A stretch of 64,000 nucleotides of DNA from an uncultured Pseudomonadota bacterium (GTDB lineage: Bacteria; Pseudomonadota; Alphaproteobacteria; Rs-D84), in NCBI GenBank assembly GCA_949283535.1, contig CASDTC010000002.1, positions 6,130 to 70,129 on the forward strand, given 5' to 3'. The notes under the pieces are model-generated. The model was not told the origin of the DNA, searched no databases, and saw only the letters and a list, made by a program, of their open reading frames with translations. Below are positions 46,169 through 56,268 of the stretch, in pieces (position 1 is the stretch's first letter; every line of letters starts with the position of its first letter). The position numbers and the translations under genes are program-made.

Positions 46169-46684
46169 TTAATAACGACCGATACAACCCAAATATGAAT
46201 TGCCGGTCGATTCCAGTATGTTTATGAACTGGCTTTGACTTTTTCCGGAAAACAATGCCAATATCGTTCCTGCATCAGTTGCCAACATATCCGCAACAGT
46301 TGCAATCCCAGAATTCATTTTTTTGAAAAATCCACTGGCAGGATATATTTCTGCCGCCAATAACTGGTTTTTTCCACCACGCGCATGCGATGCATTTTTT
46401 TCAGATTCAATAACCATTAGTTGGCATTCGGGCGATATTATCAATTTATCGGTAACCAGCGCATTGCCACCCAATAATTCCCCCCACCAGCCGGTCGATT
46501 CGCAAAACACCGGATAATAAACACGCGCATTTGGATTCGCAGATAAAAATTCCGCAATGTCCAAATCGCCTGTTATAACATCGGGCATTACACCGGCGTC
46601 TGTGTTTATAACCTTGCGCGATAACTGGTAATCTGTATCCCCAGTCGTTCGGCGCGGCCAATAAAGAATCGGAAACTGTTTCAT
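46169..46684 (-). CDS. hypothetical protein (171 aa)
   Basis: A clean ORF beside the VirB6-like array. No motif recognised. Confidence 0.45.
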   Translation of the reverse strand: MKQFPILYWPRRTTGDTDYQLSRKVINTDAGVMPDVITGDLDIAEFLSANPNARVYYPVFCESTGWWGELLGGNALVTDKLIISPECQLMVIESEKNASHARGGKNQLLAAEIYPASGFFKKMNSGIATVADMLATDAGTILALFSGKSQSQFINILESTGNSYLGCIGRY

Positions 46685-46752
46685 TGCTATGAATTATATC
46701 AGATTCGGATATTGTAAAAAAGGGGGGCAGGATAAATAAAGCACTTGATTTT

Positions 46753-48042
46753 TTATTTTTTTAGTGCGGCGTACCATTTTTTCAGGTTTCCCCACATAAT
46801 ATTTATGTTCTTTTTCGTTGTTTCATATGTCGCATCAGGAATTTTTACATTGGCAAACAGCATTTTTACCAATGCTGGTATCATCGTCATAAACATGGCG
46901 GTAAATATTCCCATTAACAGAATCGTTATTATGCTGTCGTTGCGCATCATTAATCCGTCCATCAAAATTGTTGGATCATTTTGTGCCAATGCCGTCGCCA
47001 GTCTGTCTGCCCCGTTCCAGCGACCAAACACCGCATTTAAAAACATTACAGAAAATGTTATAAACACGCCAATAATTGCAATCCCAGCGGTTGATTGGAC
47101 AACATCATTTATCATATCTTTGATATTGCGACCACCGTTTGGAAATATTGCCCAGCCATTGAACAACCATGACAACATCATAAATGGCAGCATTATTAAA
47201 TCCATGGACAGTTTTATAAATACTTCCAGAAAATATAATGGAATAGGCAATAATGCGAAAAAGAATAACACCAGGATTAACAAGCCCGCAAAAAATATCG
47301 GAACATTTGGAAATATTGGTATATCCCACATAATTTTATGCATGTATTCATCATTAAATGCCATGTTCAGCATCGTCCAACCAACTGTCATGCCTAATCC
47401 AGTCATTTGATGAACATTTGCAACCTCGCACGCCAGGTTATGACGCAGACGTGGCGAAAATGCACCATCGGATGCGGCAGATTCACTGACCGATACAGGA
47501 TCTGCAATGGCAGTTGCAACAACACATTTTGCAAATTCATCGTTGCCAGAAACCACACGATTTAACGACAACCCTATATTAAATATTGGTTCAATTACAA
47601 TATCTGTTAACATTCGGGGCAATGGCACCATTAATAATGCAGCGACAAATCCTAACTTTATAAACTTTGTGCCAAAATCGCTGGCAATTGACCATGGTTC
47701 ATCAATCTTGGCATTAATAAATCCAGAAAATAATTTCCATGCAAACCATATCGCCATCAATCCCGCAGAAAATGGCAATATAACCGTTCCAATTGCATTA
47801 TATACCCGTGGCAACAGTCCGGATATTGTCGCCATAACATCTGCAAACATCTGGCACGACCAACAACTGGAAAAGAAATTCATTGCCCCCGCCATATCAA
47901 CGGGAACAGTCGTTCTGTATATTGAAAAACCAGCAATAACACCAATACCAGCAATTGCGCCAACAACAAATGGTGCAACCGCCCCCGCCGAAAATGGCAG
48001 GAAAGACAAAAAAACAATCCAAAATTTTTTTAGTCTGTTCAT
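46753..48042 (-). CDS. VirB6/TrbL-like polytopic membrane protein, paralog 1 (divergent from the other four)
   Basis: 429 aa with multiple TM helices. The N-terminal module is SCWSCQMFADVMATISG...LMAIWFAWKLFSGFINAKIDEPW. This is an amphipathic segment, then a TM helix, then a basic/Gly turn, as at the VirB6 N-terminus. It ends in a Lys-rich tail. Confidence 0.5.
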   Translation of the reverse strand: MNRLKKFWIVFLSFLPFSAGAVAPFVVGAIAGIGVIAGFSIYRTTVPVDMAGAMNFFSSCWSCQMFADVMATISGLLPRVYNAIGTVILPFSAGLMAIWFAWKLFSGFINAKIDEPWSIASDFGTKFIKLGFVAALLMVPLPRMLTDIVIEPIFNIGLSLNRVVSGNDEFAKCVVATAIADPVSVSESAASDGAFSPRLRHNLACEVANVHQMTGLGMTVGWTMLNMAFNDEYMHKIMWDIPIFPNVPIFFAGLLILVLFFFALLPIPLYFLEVFIKLSMDLIMLPFMMLSWLFNGWAIFPNGGRNIKDMINDVVQSTAGIAIIGVFITFSVMFLNAVFGRWNGADRLATALAQNDPTILMDGLMMRNDSIITILLMGIFTAMFMTMIPALVKMLFANVKIPDATYETTKKNINIMWGNLKKWYAALKK

Positions 48043-48110
48043 TGCTTAAAGTATATCATATTTTGCCCTAAATGTGATATAATTGAAAAGATAAATTAAT
48101 ATTAGAGAGA

Positions 48111-49400
48111 ATGTTTTTATTCAAACGCACATTTTTTTATGCACTGCGGCACATTGTATTAATGGCAATGTGTTTTGTATTTATTCCGTCTGTTACATTT
48201 GGGGCGGACAAAAGTATTGTTGATGCATTAAACCTGGCGCCAATTATACCAACCGTTCTGGATGCATTAATGACCATTGCATCGGGCGGGTATGAATTCT
48301 TTGTCGGAAACGGCGATGGAATTATTTACATATTTGTCTGGGGATTTCTGGCGGTATCAATGGTGTTGTATTTATTAAAAATGTATTTCCCAAAACTGTG
48401 GGTGTCTTTTTTCGGCTTTTCGGGTGGCGGCGAAATGGCAGATGGCATCAGCGGGTTTACAATCGCAACAAATTTGTTAAAGCCCGGCATTCGTGCAATT
48501 ATTGCCGCCGTGGTATTATTACAATTAAAGCCCGTGTATTTAACAGAATGGCTGGTTAATCCATTTTTACAATTCGGGGCAATTTATACAGAAAGTTTGA
48601 CCAATACAATAAACGATGTCGCAGGCAGTGCGCCAAAAATTGAATGTCCAGAATCCGTTCTGGACCAGGGATGGATTTCAAAAGAAAGTTGTGAATTCTT
48701 GGTTCAACCCGTATCAGAAATATCACATGTAAATAACCAGGTTATCAAACGCGGATTTGATTTTATAAATACTGGATTGCGCGGATTAATAACATTGGTG
48801 CCACATGGTGGCGAAGATTTCTTGAACCTGGTCACAGGGGTATTATTAGTATTCACATTTGTTTCCAGCAATCTGTTTATGGCGTTGTTAATTATCCAGG
48901 CAATATTTAATTTTGGAATGGCACTGATTTTATATCCGTTCCAAGTATTGGCATATGTCGTAAAGCCCAGTGACAAATGGTTTGATATATGGCCAGCATT
49001 TGGCGGTATTACCAAGGCGTTGCAAAAACTGGTTATAACCATGATTGCATGCGCGTTTATTTTAATCGTTAATATTGCTGTTATAAAATCTTTATTCCAA
49101 TGGTCGTCATCTGTATTCGTTGTCGCCGCGGGTGGTGCCGCGTCATCAAATGTCCCCCAGGTTGCACACAGCGCAATGGGATTTGGGCAACATTCTATAT
49201 TATGGCTGTCAGCAATACTGACATTCTATTTAATGTTGCGCATATTTAAATTAACACGCGAACAACTGGACAGATATGTCGGCAGCGGTATGGATAAACT
49301 GTATAACCAGGTTATCAGTGATTCTAAAATTATGACAAAGAATGTTAAAAATATCGGCACAACTGTTGGTAAAGCATTGGGGTGGATTAAAAAGAAATGA
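48111..49400 (+). CDS. VirB6/TrbL-like polytopic membrane protein, paralog 2
   Basis: 429 aa with a signal/TM, then ..PTVLDALMTIASGGYEFF...VSMVLYLLKMYFPKLW and 6 or more TM helices. Its stop overlaps the next start (ATGA). Confidence 0.5.
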   Translation: MFLFKRTFFYALRHIVLMAMCFVFIPSVTFGADKSIVDALNLAPIIPTVLDALMTIASGGYEFFVGNGDGIIYIFVWGFLAVSMVLYLLKMYFPKLWVSFFGFSGGGEMADGISGFTIATNLLKPGIRAIIAAVVLLQLKPVYLTEWLVNPFLQFGAIYTESLTNTINDVAGSAPKIECPESVLDQGWISKESCEFLVQPVSEISHVNNQVIKRGFDFINTGLRGLITLVPHGGEDFLNLVTGVLLVFTFVSSNLFMALLIIQAIFNFGMALILYPFQVLAYVVKPSDKWFDIWPAFGGITKALQKLVITMIACAFILIVNIAVIKSLFQWSSSVFVVAAGGAASSNVPQVAHSAMGFGQHSILWLSAILTFYLMLRIFKLTREQLDRYVGSGMDKLYNQVISDSKIMTKNVKNIGTTVGKALGWIKKK

Positions 49401-50581
49401 ACGGATTTATGAATTCTTTGATTGATTCAAGTGTTCAGTGCTGGGGCTGTCCGATATTTGACCGGCTGTTCCAGATTGTGTCAAATGCCGCCGCCGCAGT
49501 GTATGATCAATTCGTTATTTTCTGTGCAATTATTTTCTGTGTATTATTTGCGTTTGTTGTACTGAATGCCGTATGGCAAAATATCAAGGGTGGCGTATCT
49601 GACCCGTGGTATCAAAAATCATTAAAGCCGTTAATTATAAATTCACTGGTATCATTGGCATTTTTAAGTCTGGGGGTTTATTTGCCGCGCTTTGTTTCAT
49701 CGGTTACATTTGAACCGGTTACAAATATCGCACTGGTTTATACACAAAGCATGTTGCAAACAAATCCAGAAACCGTAAATGAAAAAGTTCACTATCAGCC
49801 AATGGAAATATCTGATGATGGGTTCTTTCGCCCACAGTTGCGCGACAGTATTATATTATTAATGAAAACAACCATTACACAATTCCAATCATATATGAAA
49901 CTGGGGATTGCTGTTATGGACAAGGCTTTCTCATTAGACGCGCTGTTGGGCATCGGTGCACTGATTAAACACATTATTCTGTTCTTTATCGGATTATATT
50001 TGTTTTACGGATTTTTTAAATTATTTATACGGTTCTGTTTTTATTTTGCAGATATTATTGTGGCGATGACATTCTTTGCATTTTTCTTTCCATTGTCGTT
50101 AATACTGGTTGCATTCAAGGGCGCAAATGCGCCATCATGGATTTCAAATCTGGGAAAAAATGTTGGAACCGGACAATTTAAAAAATTAATTAATGCAATT
50201 ATTGCGTTGGCAGCGGCGGTTTTAACATATACTGTTATAATGGTTATTATTGCAAAATTCTTTTCGGCGCCGGGACAAAGTGCTGCTGATATCATGCAAC
50301 TGATTACCAGTGGTGAAGTATTTGCGGGCGACCTGTCGGGGGATAATTTAGCCGTCATGACATTGGGGGGATGCATAATATTGGTTTATGTGTTAAACTT
50401 TATATATGACCAAATTCCCAATGTTACAAAAATGGTTCTGGATTCGTTCGGTGTATCAACAGAAAATCAATTGTCCGAACAATTGGCAAATGATGCAATG
50501 AAATTAACAACAAATATAATTGAAACAGTTAAAAAAACAGGACAAACAATTATATCGGGCGGAAAGAAAGACGATAAATGA
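49397..50581 (+). CDS. VirB6/TrbL-like polytopic membrane protein, paralog 3
   Basis: 394 aa. The N-terminal module is QCWGCPIFDRLFQIVSNAAAAVYDQF...VVLNAVWQNIKGGVSDPW, followed by multiple TM helices. ATGA overlaps occur on both sides. Confidence 0.5.
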   Translation: MNGFMNSLIDSSVQCWGCPIFDRLFQIVSNAAAAVYDQFVIFCAIIFCVLFAFVVLNAVWQNIKGGVSDPWYQKSLKPLIINSLVSLAFLSLGVYLPRFVSSVTFEPVTNIALVYTQSMLQTNPETVNEKVHYQPMEISDDGFFRPQLRDSIILLMKTTITQFQSYMKLGIAVMDKAFSLDALLGIGALIKHIILFFIGLYLFYGFFKLFIRFCFYFADIIVAMTFFAFFFPLSLILVAFKGANAPSWISNLGKNVGTGQFKKLINAIIALAAAVLTYTVIMVIIAKFFSAPGQSAADIMQLITSGEVFAGDLSGDNLAVMTLGGCIILVYVLNFIYDQIPNVTKMVLDSFGVSTENQLSEQLANDAMKLTTNIIETVKKTGQTIISGGKKDDK

Positions 50582-52014
50582 AAGCAACACTGATATCCAT
50601 TGCCATACGACTGTTAATGGGCGCAATCGCGTTGGGTATTGGTATATGGTATCTGTCATCATCAATCAGTGGCGCGGCAATAACATATACCAGTATGGAT
50701 GGATTTCTGAATGCAATTGGTGTTCAAAATGGTGATATTGCAACGGCAAATGGATGTTTCCTGTGTGGGTATATTTCGGAATTATTTGCTGTAATTGGAC
50801 GCGCCGCTGAATTTTTCTGGGACGCAATGGTTGATAATATATGGATATTGATGGCAATCGGTTTTGGATTGTTCTTGTTCATATATACGGCAAAATATAT
50901 CTTTGACGCGGCAAAAAAAACACAGACACTGGATACCAGTGAAAAGAAACTGGAATTAAAGGGCTGGTTCGATAAAGTATGGCGCCAGGGCGCACGCGTC
51001 ATGATTGTTGGCGCGTTAATGGGTGCGTTGGGCATGGGTGGAAATGCCGCGCTGAAAACTGTTGCAAATATAACCATTACCCCGGTGTTATTTGTTGGTG
51101 CAGAACTGTCCATGGCGGCGACCGGCGTTACAGACGCTGCAACATGTGGCGCATTGACCACAACAAATGAAACAGACGATGTTTTAAACCCAATTTTACA
51201 ACCGTTCATGTGCGTCATGGGCAATATTAACAGTGTTATGCTGGCGGGGGCGGCGGGCGGTTTTTCACTGATGAATTATGCATGGATGGGATTGGGCGGC
51301 GGCGTATTTACATGGATTGCCGGGCTGGCGTTAGTATTAATGTTCTTGGTCATCGGGTTTGATTTAGTGTTTCAGATTTTGTCTGTTGTGTTTAAATTAG
51401 TATTTCTGATTATATTCTTGCCGTTAATTTTGGCGGCGGCGGCGTTTGAACAGACATGGAAACTGGCGGATGGGGTTGTGAAAAATGCAATTAATATGCT
51501 GGTGCGAACGGCGGTGCAAGTTGTCGGAATAACTTTAAAGGTTTTGATTACATATGCCATCGTTGCATATGCGGCAGATGCATACTTTCCGGGACCACGC
51601 GATGGATACAGTGCGATATTGCCACCAATGATGGGGCAAACGGTTGAAAATCCAGATGCACAAACACTGTCTGTTATGAATGTATTTTCAACATGCGAAC
51701 GCGTTGCAACCACAAATGGGGAAATGGACGGGGATAAATTCAAAGACTGTTTCACCGCGCAAAAGGCGGCGGTTGAACGCGAATATCCGCATGCGTTTGA
51801 TTTTATGGATGACGGGTGGGATTTCTTGGTATTAATGTTTGGGATATTCTTGTTATATTTCTATGCGATTAAGCCAAAGGTGGATGGTATAATAACCGCC
51901 GGTGGCAAAGAACAATTTGACTTTGGCACATGGGCAAAGGGTCTGGGTAAAAAGATATGGTCGGCACCACAACAAATATTTGATGCGGTATCAAAGGCGG
52001 TTGGGAAAAAGTAA
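50578..52014 (+). CDS. VirB6/TrbL-like polytopic membrane protein, paralog 4
   Basis: 478 aa. The N-terminal module is GCFLCGYISELFAVIGRAAEFFWDAM...FLFIYTAKYIFDAAKK, followed by multiple TM helices. Confidence 0.5.
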   Translation: MKATLISIAIRLLMGAIALGIGIWYLSSSISGAAITYTSMDGFLNAIGVQNGDIATANGCFLCGYISELFAVIGRAAEFFWDAMVDNIWILMAIGFGLFLFIYTAKYIFDAAKKTQTLDTSEKKLELKGWFDKVWRQGARVMIVGALMGALGMGGNAALKTVANITITPVLFVGAELSMAATGVTDAATCGALTTTNETDDVLNPILQPFMCVMGNINSVMLAGAAGGFSLMNYAWMGLGGGVFTWIAGLALVLMFLVIGFDLVFQILSVVFKLVFLIIFLPLILAAAAFEQTWKLADGVVKNAINMLVRTAVQVVGITLKVLITYAIVAYAADAYFPGPRDGYSAILPPMMGQTVENPDAQTLSVMNVFSTCERVATTNGEMDGDKFKDCFTAQKAAVEREYPHAFDFMDDGWDFLVLMFGIFLLYFYAIKPKVDGIITAGGKEQFDFGTWAKGLGKKIWSAPQQIFDAVSKAVGKK

Positions 52015-52017
52015 TTT

Positions 52018-53307
52018 ATGAAAAAAATAAAATCTATCTTTGCCAAAATTATTATTGCCATTATGGCAATGGTGTTGATTTTACCAAATACGACATATGC
52101 GGCAACATCAAATTTACCAATGGCAGATGTTGGTGATTATGGCAATTGGGCAACGCCAGACAATATTGATTTATTTAAAACAGACATAACCCACGATATG
52201 GAACAGATGGAACCAAAACCAATTGTTTCAGACTATGTCCCGTTCGAGGCAAAAATTGGTCTGGCAATGATGAATGGTTTTTCAATTGTTGCCGAAGTGT
52301 TGGATTCTTCACTGGTGCGGTTTGCAATTATATTCATGATTATTGCGTATATTTTCTGGGCAATGTTTGAAGCATACAATATGATGAAAAACGGCGCCAG
52401 TGCAATGGATTTTGGTGTTAATCTGGTAAAAAAAGGCGGCGTTATATTAATCTGGATTATCATATTAAATTTCGGACCCGCCCAGGTTTTTATGTGGATT
52501 ATGGGTCCAATTGTCGGTGTTGGCACATATATGGCAGATTTAATCTTGAATGCAATTGCGGGCGCAATTGGCACAGAATTGCCCGATACATGCGCTGCAA
52601 TTCGCGACTATGCCGCGGCAAATACATCGGGTAATATGTTAATTGATGCAAATGCCGCCGCGGATATATTGTGCGTTCCAACGCGACTGTCTGGATTTTT
52701 TACAACAGCGGTGGTGGCGGGATGGAAATGGATGATTGCAGGTATTGGCACCAGCGCATTTACTGTACTGGTTGGCGCGACATTTATTGTTATATTTTTA
52801 TATACAGGGTTTAAGTTCTTGTTAATGGGGCTGGGCGTTATAATGGATTTGTTCTTGGGTGTTTTAATGTTGCCATTTACCGCGATTGCCGAAACGATTA
52901 ACAAAACATCATTAAAGGGTATCGTTGGCGATATATATAATGGATTTTTAGGATTATTTAAGCCGGAATCATTACAAAATCAAATCCAACGTTTCATAAA
53001 TGCAGCAATATATTTTGTATCATTATCGATTGTTATCGCCGTGTGTGCAGCATTGTTATCAGGCACAGTGGATGCAAATCTGGCGTCTGAAATTCCAACG
53101 CTGGAAAATGATGGGTTTATTATAACATTGTTGACGGGTTGTCTGGTTGCATATCTGGCAAATCGCGCCGACAGTATTGCAAAAGATTTGGGCGGCAGTG
53201 TTAATGACAGTTTTGGCAAGCAATTTGGCAATGATGTAAAAAAACTGGGGCAAAATGCATATGGATGGGGCAAGAAAGTCGTTAATATAATCAGAAAGAA
53301 AAAATAA
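52018..53307 (+). CDS. VirB6/TrbL-like polytopic membrane protein, paralog 5
   Basis: 429 aa with a signal peptide (..NTTYAAT). The module is ..FEAKIGLAMMNGFSIVAEVLDSS...IFWAMFEAYNMMKNG, followed by multiple TM helices and a Lys-rich tail. Confidence 0.5.
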   Translation: MKKIKSIFAKIIIAIMAMVLILPNTTYAATSNLPMADVGDYGNWATPDNIDLFKTDITHDMEQMEPKPIVSDYVPFEAKIGLAMMNGFSIVAEVLDSSLVRFAIIFMIIAYIFWAMFEAYNMMKNGASAMDFGVNLVKKGGVILIWIIILNFGPAQVFMWIMGPIVGVGTYMADLILNAIAGAIGTELPDTCAAIRDYAAANTSGNMLIDANAAADILCVPTRLSGFFTTAVVAGWKWMIAGIGTSAFTVLVGATFIVIFLYTGFKFLLMGLGVIMDLFLGVLMLPFTAIAETINKTSLKGIVGDIYNGFLGLFKPESLQNQIQRFINAAIYFVSLSIVIAVCAALLSGTVDANLASEIPTLENDGFIITLLTGCLVAYLANRADSIAKDLGGSVNDSFGKQFGNDVKKLGQNAYGWGKKVVNIIRKKK

Positions 53308-53323
53308 ATCTAAAAAAAATTAT

Positions 53324-55465
53324 TTAATCAACAAATTCAACAAATTGACGGGCGACTTTTTTAATTCCTTTGTTTTTGAATGCGATTGTTAATATGTCCC
53401 CCGCGTCTTCGATAACAACACCCCCGCCCATTTCCGTGTGATTTACCAAACGCCCCACAGATGTTTTATGTTCAACTGGCGCACAGCGCGGTTTTGATGT
53501 GTTATATGATGCACCACGCGGGCGTTCGTATGATGTTGGAATGCGACCACCATAATTATATGCGCGTGGCGCCCCGCCCTGGAAATCCAAATATCTGTTA
53601 TCCATTTCGGTAATAAAACGACTGGGTGAATTATATTGCCGATTACCAAATACCATACGCGACATTGCGTTTATTATTATTGCACGGCAGCGGGCGCGCG
53701 TGATTGCAACATATGCCAGCCGTCGTTCTTCTTCCAGTCCGCCGGATTGAACCGCCATATCATTTGGGAAAATGCCTTCTTCCCAGGCGGGCAAGAAAAC
53801 CGTATCAAATTCCAGTCCCTTGGCTGCATGAATTGTCATAATACTGACCGCATCTGTGGTGGTGGGCGATGCATCATCAGAATCATTATCATCGGTCATC
53901 ATTAACGCCGCATGTTCCAAAAATTCGGGCAATGTATCATACTTTGCAATTACATTTGTTATTAATTCACGAATGTTATCCAGTCGGTCGGTGGCGTCTG
54001 CATCCTTGGATTCGCGCCACATTTTCATATATCCAGCATTTTCCAGCAATGTTTTCGCCGCATTTGTTGGTGGCATTGCCGCCCAATCAAAATCAAATGC
54101 GCGTAAAAATTCATCTGCGGCGACATGTTGTTTGCCAGACAATTGTGCATTTTTCAAACCATCCATCAGGTTTTGACCCGCCGTGCGTAATTTTGCAATC
54201 GCCGATGGGCCAAAACCACGGCGCGGCTTTCCAATAATGCGTAAAAAAGATATATCATCAAATGGATATACCAACAATCGCAGGTATGCAATTGAATCGC
54301 GGATTTCAGCCCGGTCATAGAACTTGGTTGCACCGATTAATTTATATGGTATACCGCGTGATGTAAATTCTTCTTCGAACAGGCGCGACAATGATCCGGC
54401 GCGTATTAATATTGCAAAATCAGAATACGGTTTATCGTCTGGTTTTCGCATTATTGTATCGGCGACCAGGCGCGCTTCATCAAAATCAGTTGGCACGGTT
54501 AAAACATATACAGGTTCACCAATCGGTGCGTCTGGCGCAGTTCGTAAATCTTTACCCAGGCGCCCCGTATTATGACGAATTAATGAATTTGCCGCGCCCA
54601 GTATGTTTGGCGTACTGCGATAATTTGTTTCCAATCTGATTATTTGCGCATTTTGAAATGTTTTTTCAAAATTTAAAATATTTTTTATTTCCGCACCACG
54701 CCACGAATAAATTGATTGATCATCATCACCGACACAACAAATATTCGGATTTTCTATCCCACGCGTCAGCATTTGTAAAAATTGCATCTGGGCAGAATTT
54801 GTGTCCTGAAATTCATCAACCAATATATATTTAAACTGTCGTTGATACCGTAAAAGTATTTCAGAATCTGATTCAAATAACTTTAATACCAATAATATGA
54901 TATCACCAAAATCAACCGCCCCCAGACGATTTAATTCCGCATTATATGCGTCCAGTATTTTTAATGCAGTTGGCGATGTATGTTCGGGACTGTGCAGTCC
55001 TTTATCTTTTATTGACGATATGCGTTCAACCCAGTCAGACGGGCTGAAATCTTTGATATCCAATCCCATATCGGTTAAAACATTTTTCAGAACGGTTTTC
55101 TGGTCATCTTCACCATAAATTAAAAAATCGCGCCGTAATCCAGCCGCCACCGCATTTGCACGCAAAATACGCAGGCATATTGAATGAAATGTCCCACACC
55201 ATACATCAGACGCATACCAAGATGCGTCAGATGAAAAATTTGCCAGGCGCGCCTTCATTTCATTTGCTGCCTTGTTAGTAAATGTTAATGCCAATACCTG
55301 CCACGGCATAGCCAGCGAATTATTTAAAATATATGCAATACGCGTTGTTAAAACGCGCGTTTTGCCCGTACCCGCACCCGATAAAACCAACAACGGTCCA
55401 TCGGTCGTTTCAACTGCTTTTTTTTGTTCAGGATTAAGATTTTCTAGCATTAAATTCACCACCAC
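53324..55465 (-). CDS. uvrD: ATP-dependent DNA helicase (UvrD/PcrA/Rep family)
   Basis: Walker A (GAGTGKT), DEFQDT, VGDDDQSIYSWRGA, TIHAAKGLEF and YVAITRA motifs are present. Confidence 0.9.
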   Translation of the reverse strand: MVVNLMLENLNPEQKKAVETTDGPLLVLSGAGTGKTRVLTTRIAYILNNSLAMPWQVLALTFTNKAANEMKARLANFSSDASWYASDVWCGTFHSICLRILRANAVAAGLRRDFLIYGEDDQKTVLKNVLTDMGLDIKDFSPSDWVERISSIKDKGLHSPEHTSPTALKILDAYNAELNRLGAVDFGDIILLVLKLFESDSEILLRYQRQFKYILVDEFQDTNSAQMQFLQMLTRGIENPNICCVGDDDQSIYSWRGAEIKNILNFEKTFQNAQIIRLETNYRSTPNILGAANSLIRHNTGRLGKDLRTAPDAPIGEPVYVLTVPTDFDEARLVADTIMRKPDDKPYSDFAILIRAGSLSRLFEEEFTSRGIPYKLIGATKFYDRAEIRDSIAYLRLLVYPFDDISFLRIIGKPRRGFGPSAIAKLRTAGQNLMDGLKNAQLSGKQHVAADEFLRAFDFDWAAMPPTNAAKTLLENAGYMKMWRESKDADATDRLDNIRELITNVIAKYDTLPEFLEHAALMMTDDNDSDDASPTTTDAVSIMTIHAAKGLEFDTVFLPAWEEGIFPNDMAVQSGGLEEERRLAYVAITRARCRAIIINAMSRMVFGNRQYNSPSRFITEMDNRYLDFQGGAPRAYNYGGRIPTSYERPRGASYNTSKPRCAPVEHKTSVGRLVNHTEMGGGVVIEDAGDILTIAFKNKGIKKVARQFVEFVD

Positions 55466-55508
55466 ATTATAATACAGAATGTTTTAGTTATCAAAATGTT
55501 ATTTTTAT

Positions 55509-56201
55509 ATGGGGGAAGTGTTTATGGGACGGGTTATTTGCTTTGACATTGAAACAACTGGGCTGGAATATATGCGGGGCGATCGTTGTATTGAAATCGG
55601 CGCGGTTGAAATGATTGACGGGCAAATAACCGATAATACATTTCATGAATACATAAACCCAGATGGGAAAATTATTCCACCTGATTCGTATATGGTTCAC
55701 AAAATTTCAAATGCTTTTTTGGAAGACAAACCAAAAATGGCGGTAATCGCACCAAAATTCTTGGAATTTATTGGCGACAGTCCAATTGTTGCACATAATG
55801 GGTTGGATTTTGACTTTCCATTTATTAATCACGAATTGCAAATGGTGGGATTACCGCAAATTCCACGCAATCAGCAATATGATTCAATTGTAATTGCACG
55901 CAATCGTGTGTTTGGTCCCAAAAGTTATTCGTTGGACGCATTGGCAAAATGGTATGGCATATCACTGACCGCGCGCGCAGATGCACACGGCGCATTAATT
56001 GACGCAGAAATTTTAGCCAAGGTATATAAAGAACTGGAAAATACGGCGCCCGCCCCCGATGTATCTGAAATAATTGAAAAACAACATGCTGCATTTTTGG
56101 CACATCCAAAAATCGGTGCAAACTTTCCATATCGTACATTTCCCGCACATGCAGATGAACTGGCGGCGCATAATACATTTATAGAAAAAATAAACGCATA
56201 A
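55509..56201 (+). CDS. dnaQ: DNA polymerase III subunit epsilon (3'-5' exonuclease)
   Basis: Exo I (CFDIETTGL), Exo II (VAHNGLDFDFPFI) and Exo III (HGALIDAEILAKVY) motifs are present. Confidence 0.9.
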   Translation: MGEVFMGRVICFDIETTGLEYMRGDRCIEIGAVEMIDGQITDNTFHEYINPDGKIIPPDSYMVHKISNAFLEDKPKMAVIAPKFLEFIGDSPIVAHNGLDFDFPFINHELQMVGLPQIPRNQQYDSIVIARNRVFGPKSYSLDALAKWYGISLTARADAHGALIDAEILAKVYKELENTAPAPDVSEIIEKQHAAFLAHPKIGANFPYRTFPAHADELAAHNTFIEKINA

Positions 56202-56219
56202 TTGAAATTTGCATTCTGT

Positions 56220-56258
56220 AAAAATCGGTATGCACAGTGCATACCGATGATTATTTTA
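56220..56258. terminator. bidirectional terminator hairpin
   Basis: AAAAATCGGTATGCAC-AG-TGCATACCGATGATTATTTT lies between convergent dnaQ and the 823-aa gene. Confidence 0.7.
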
Positions 56259-56268
56259 TGCATTTATA

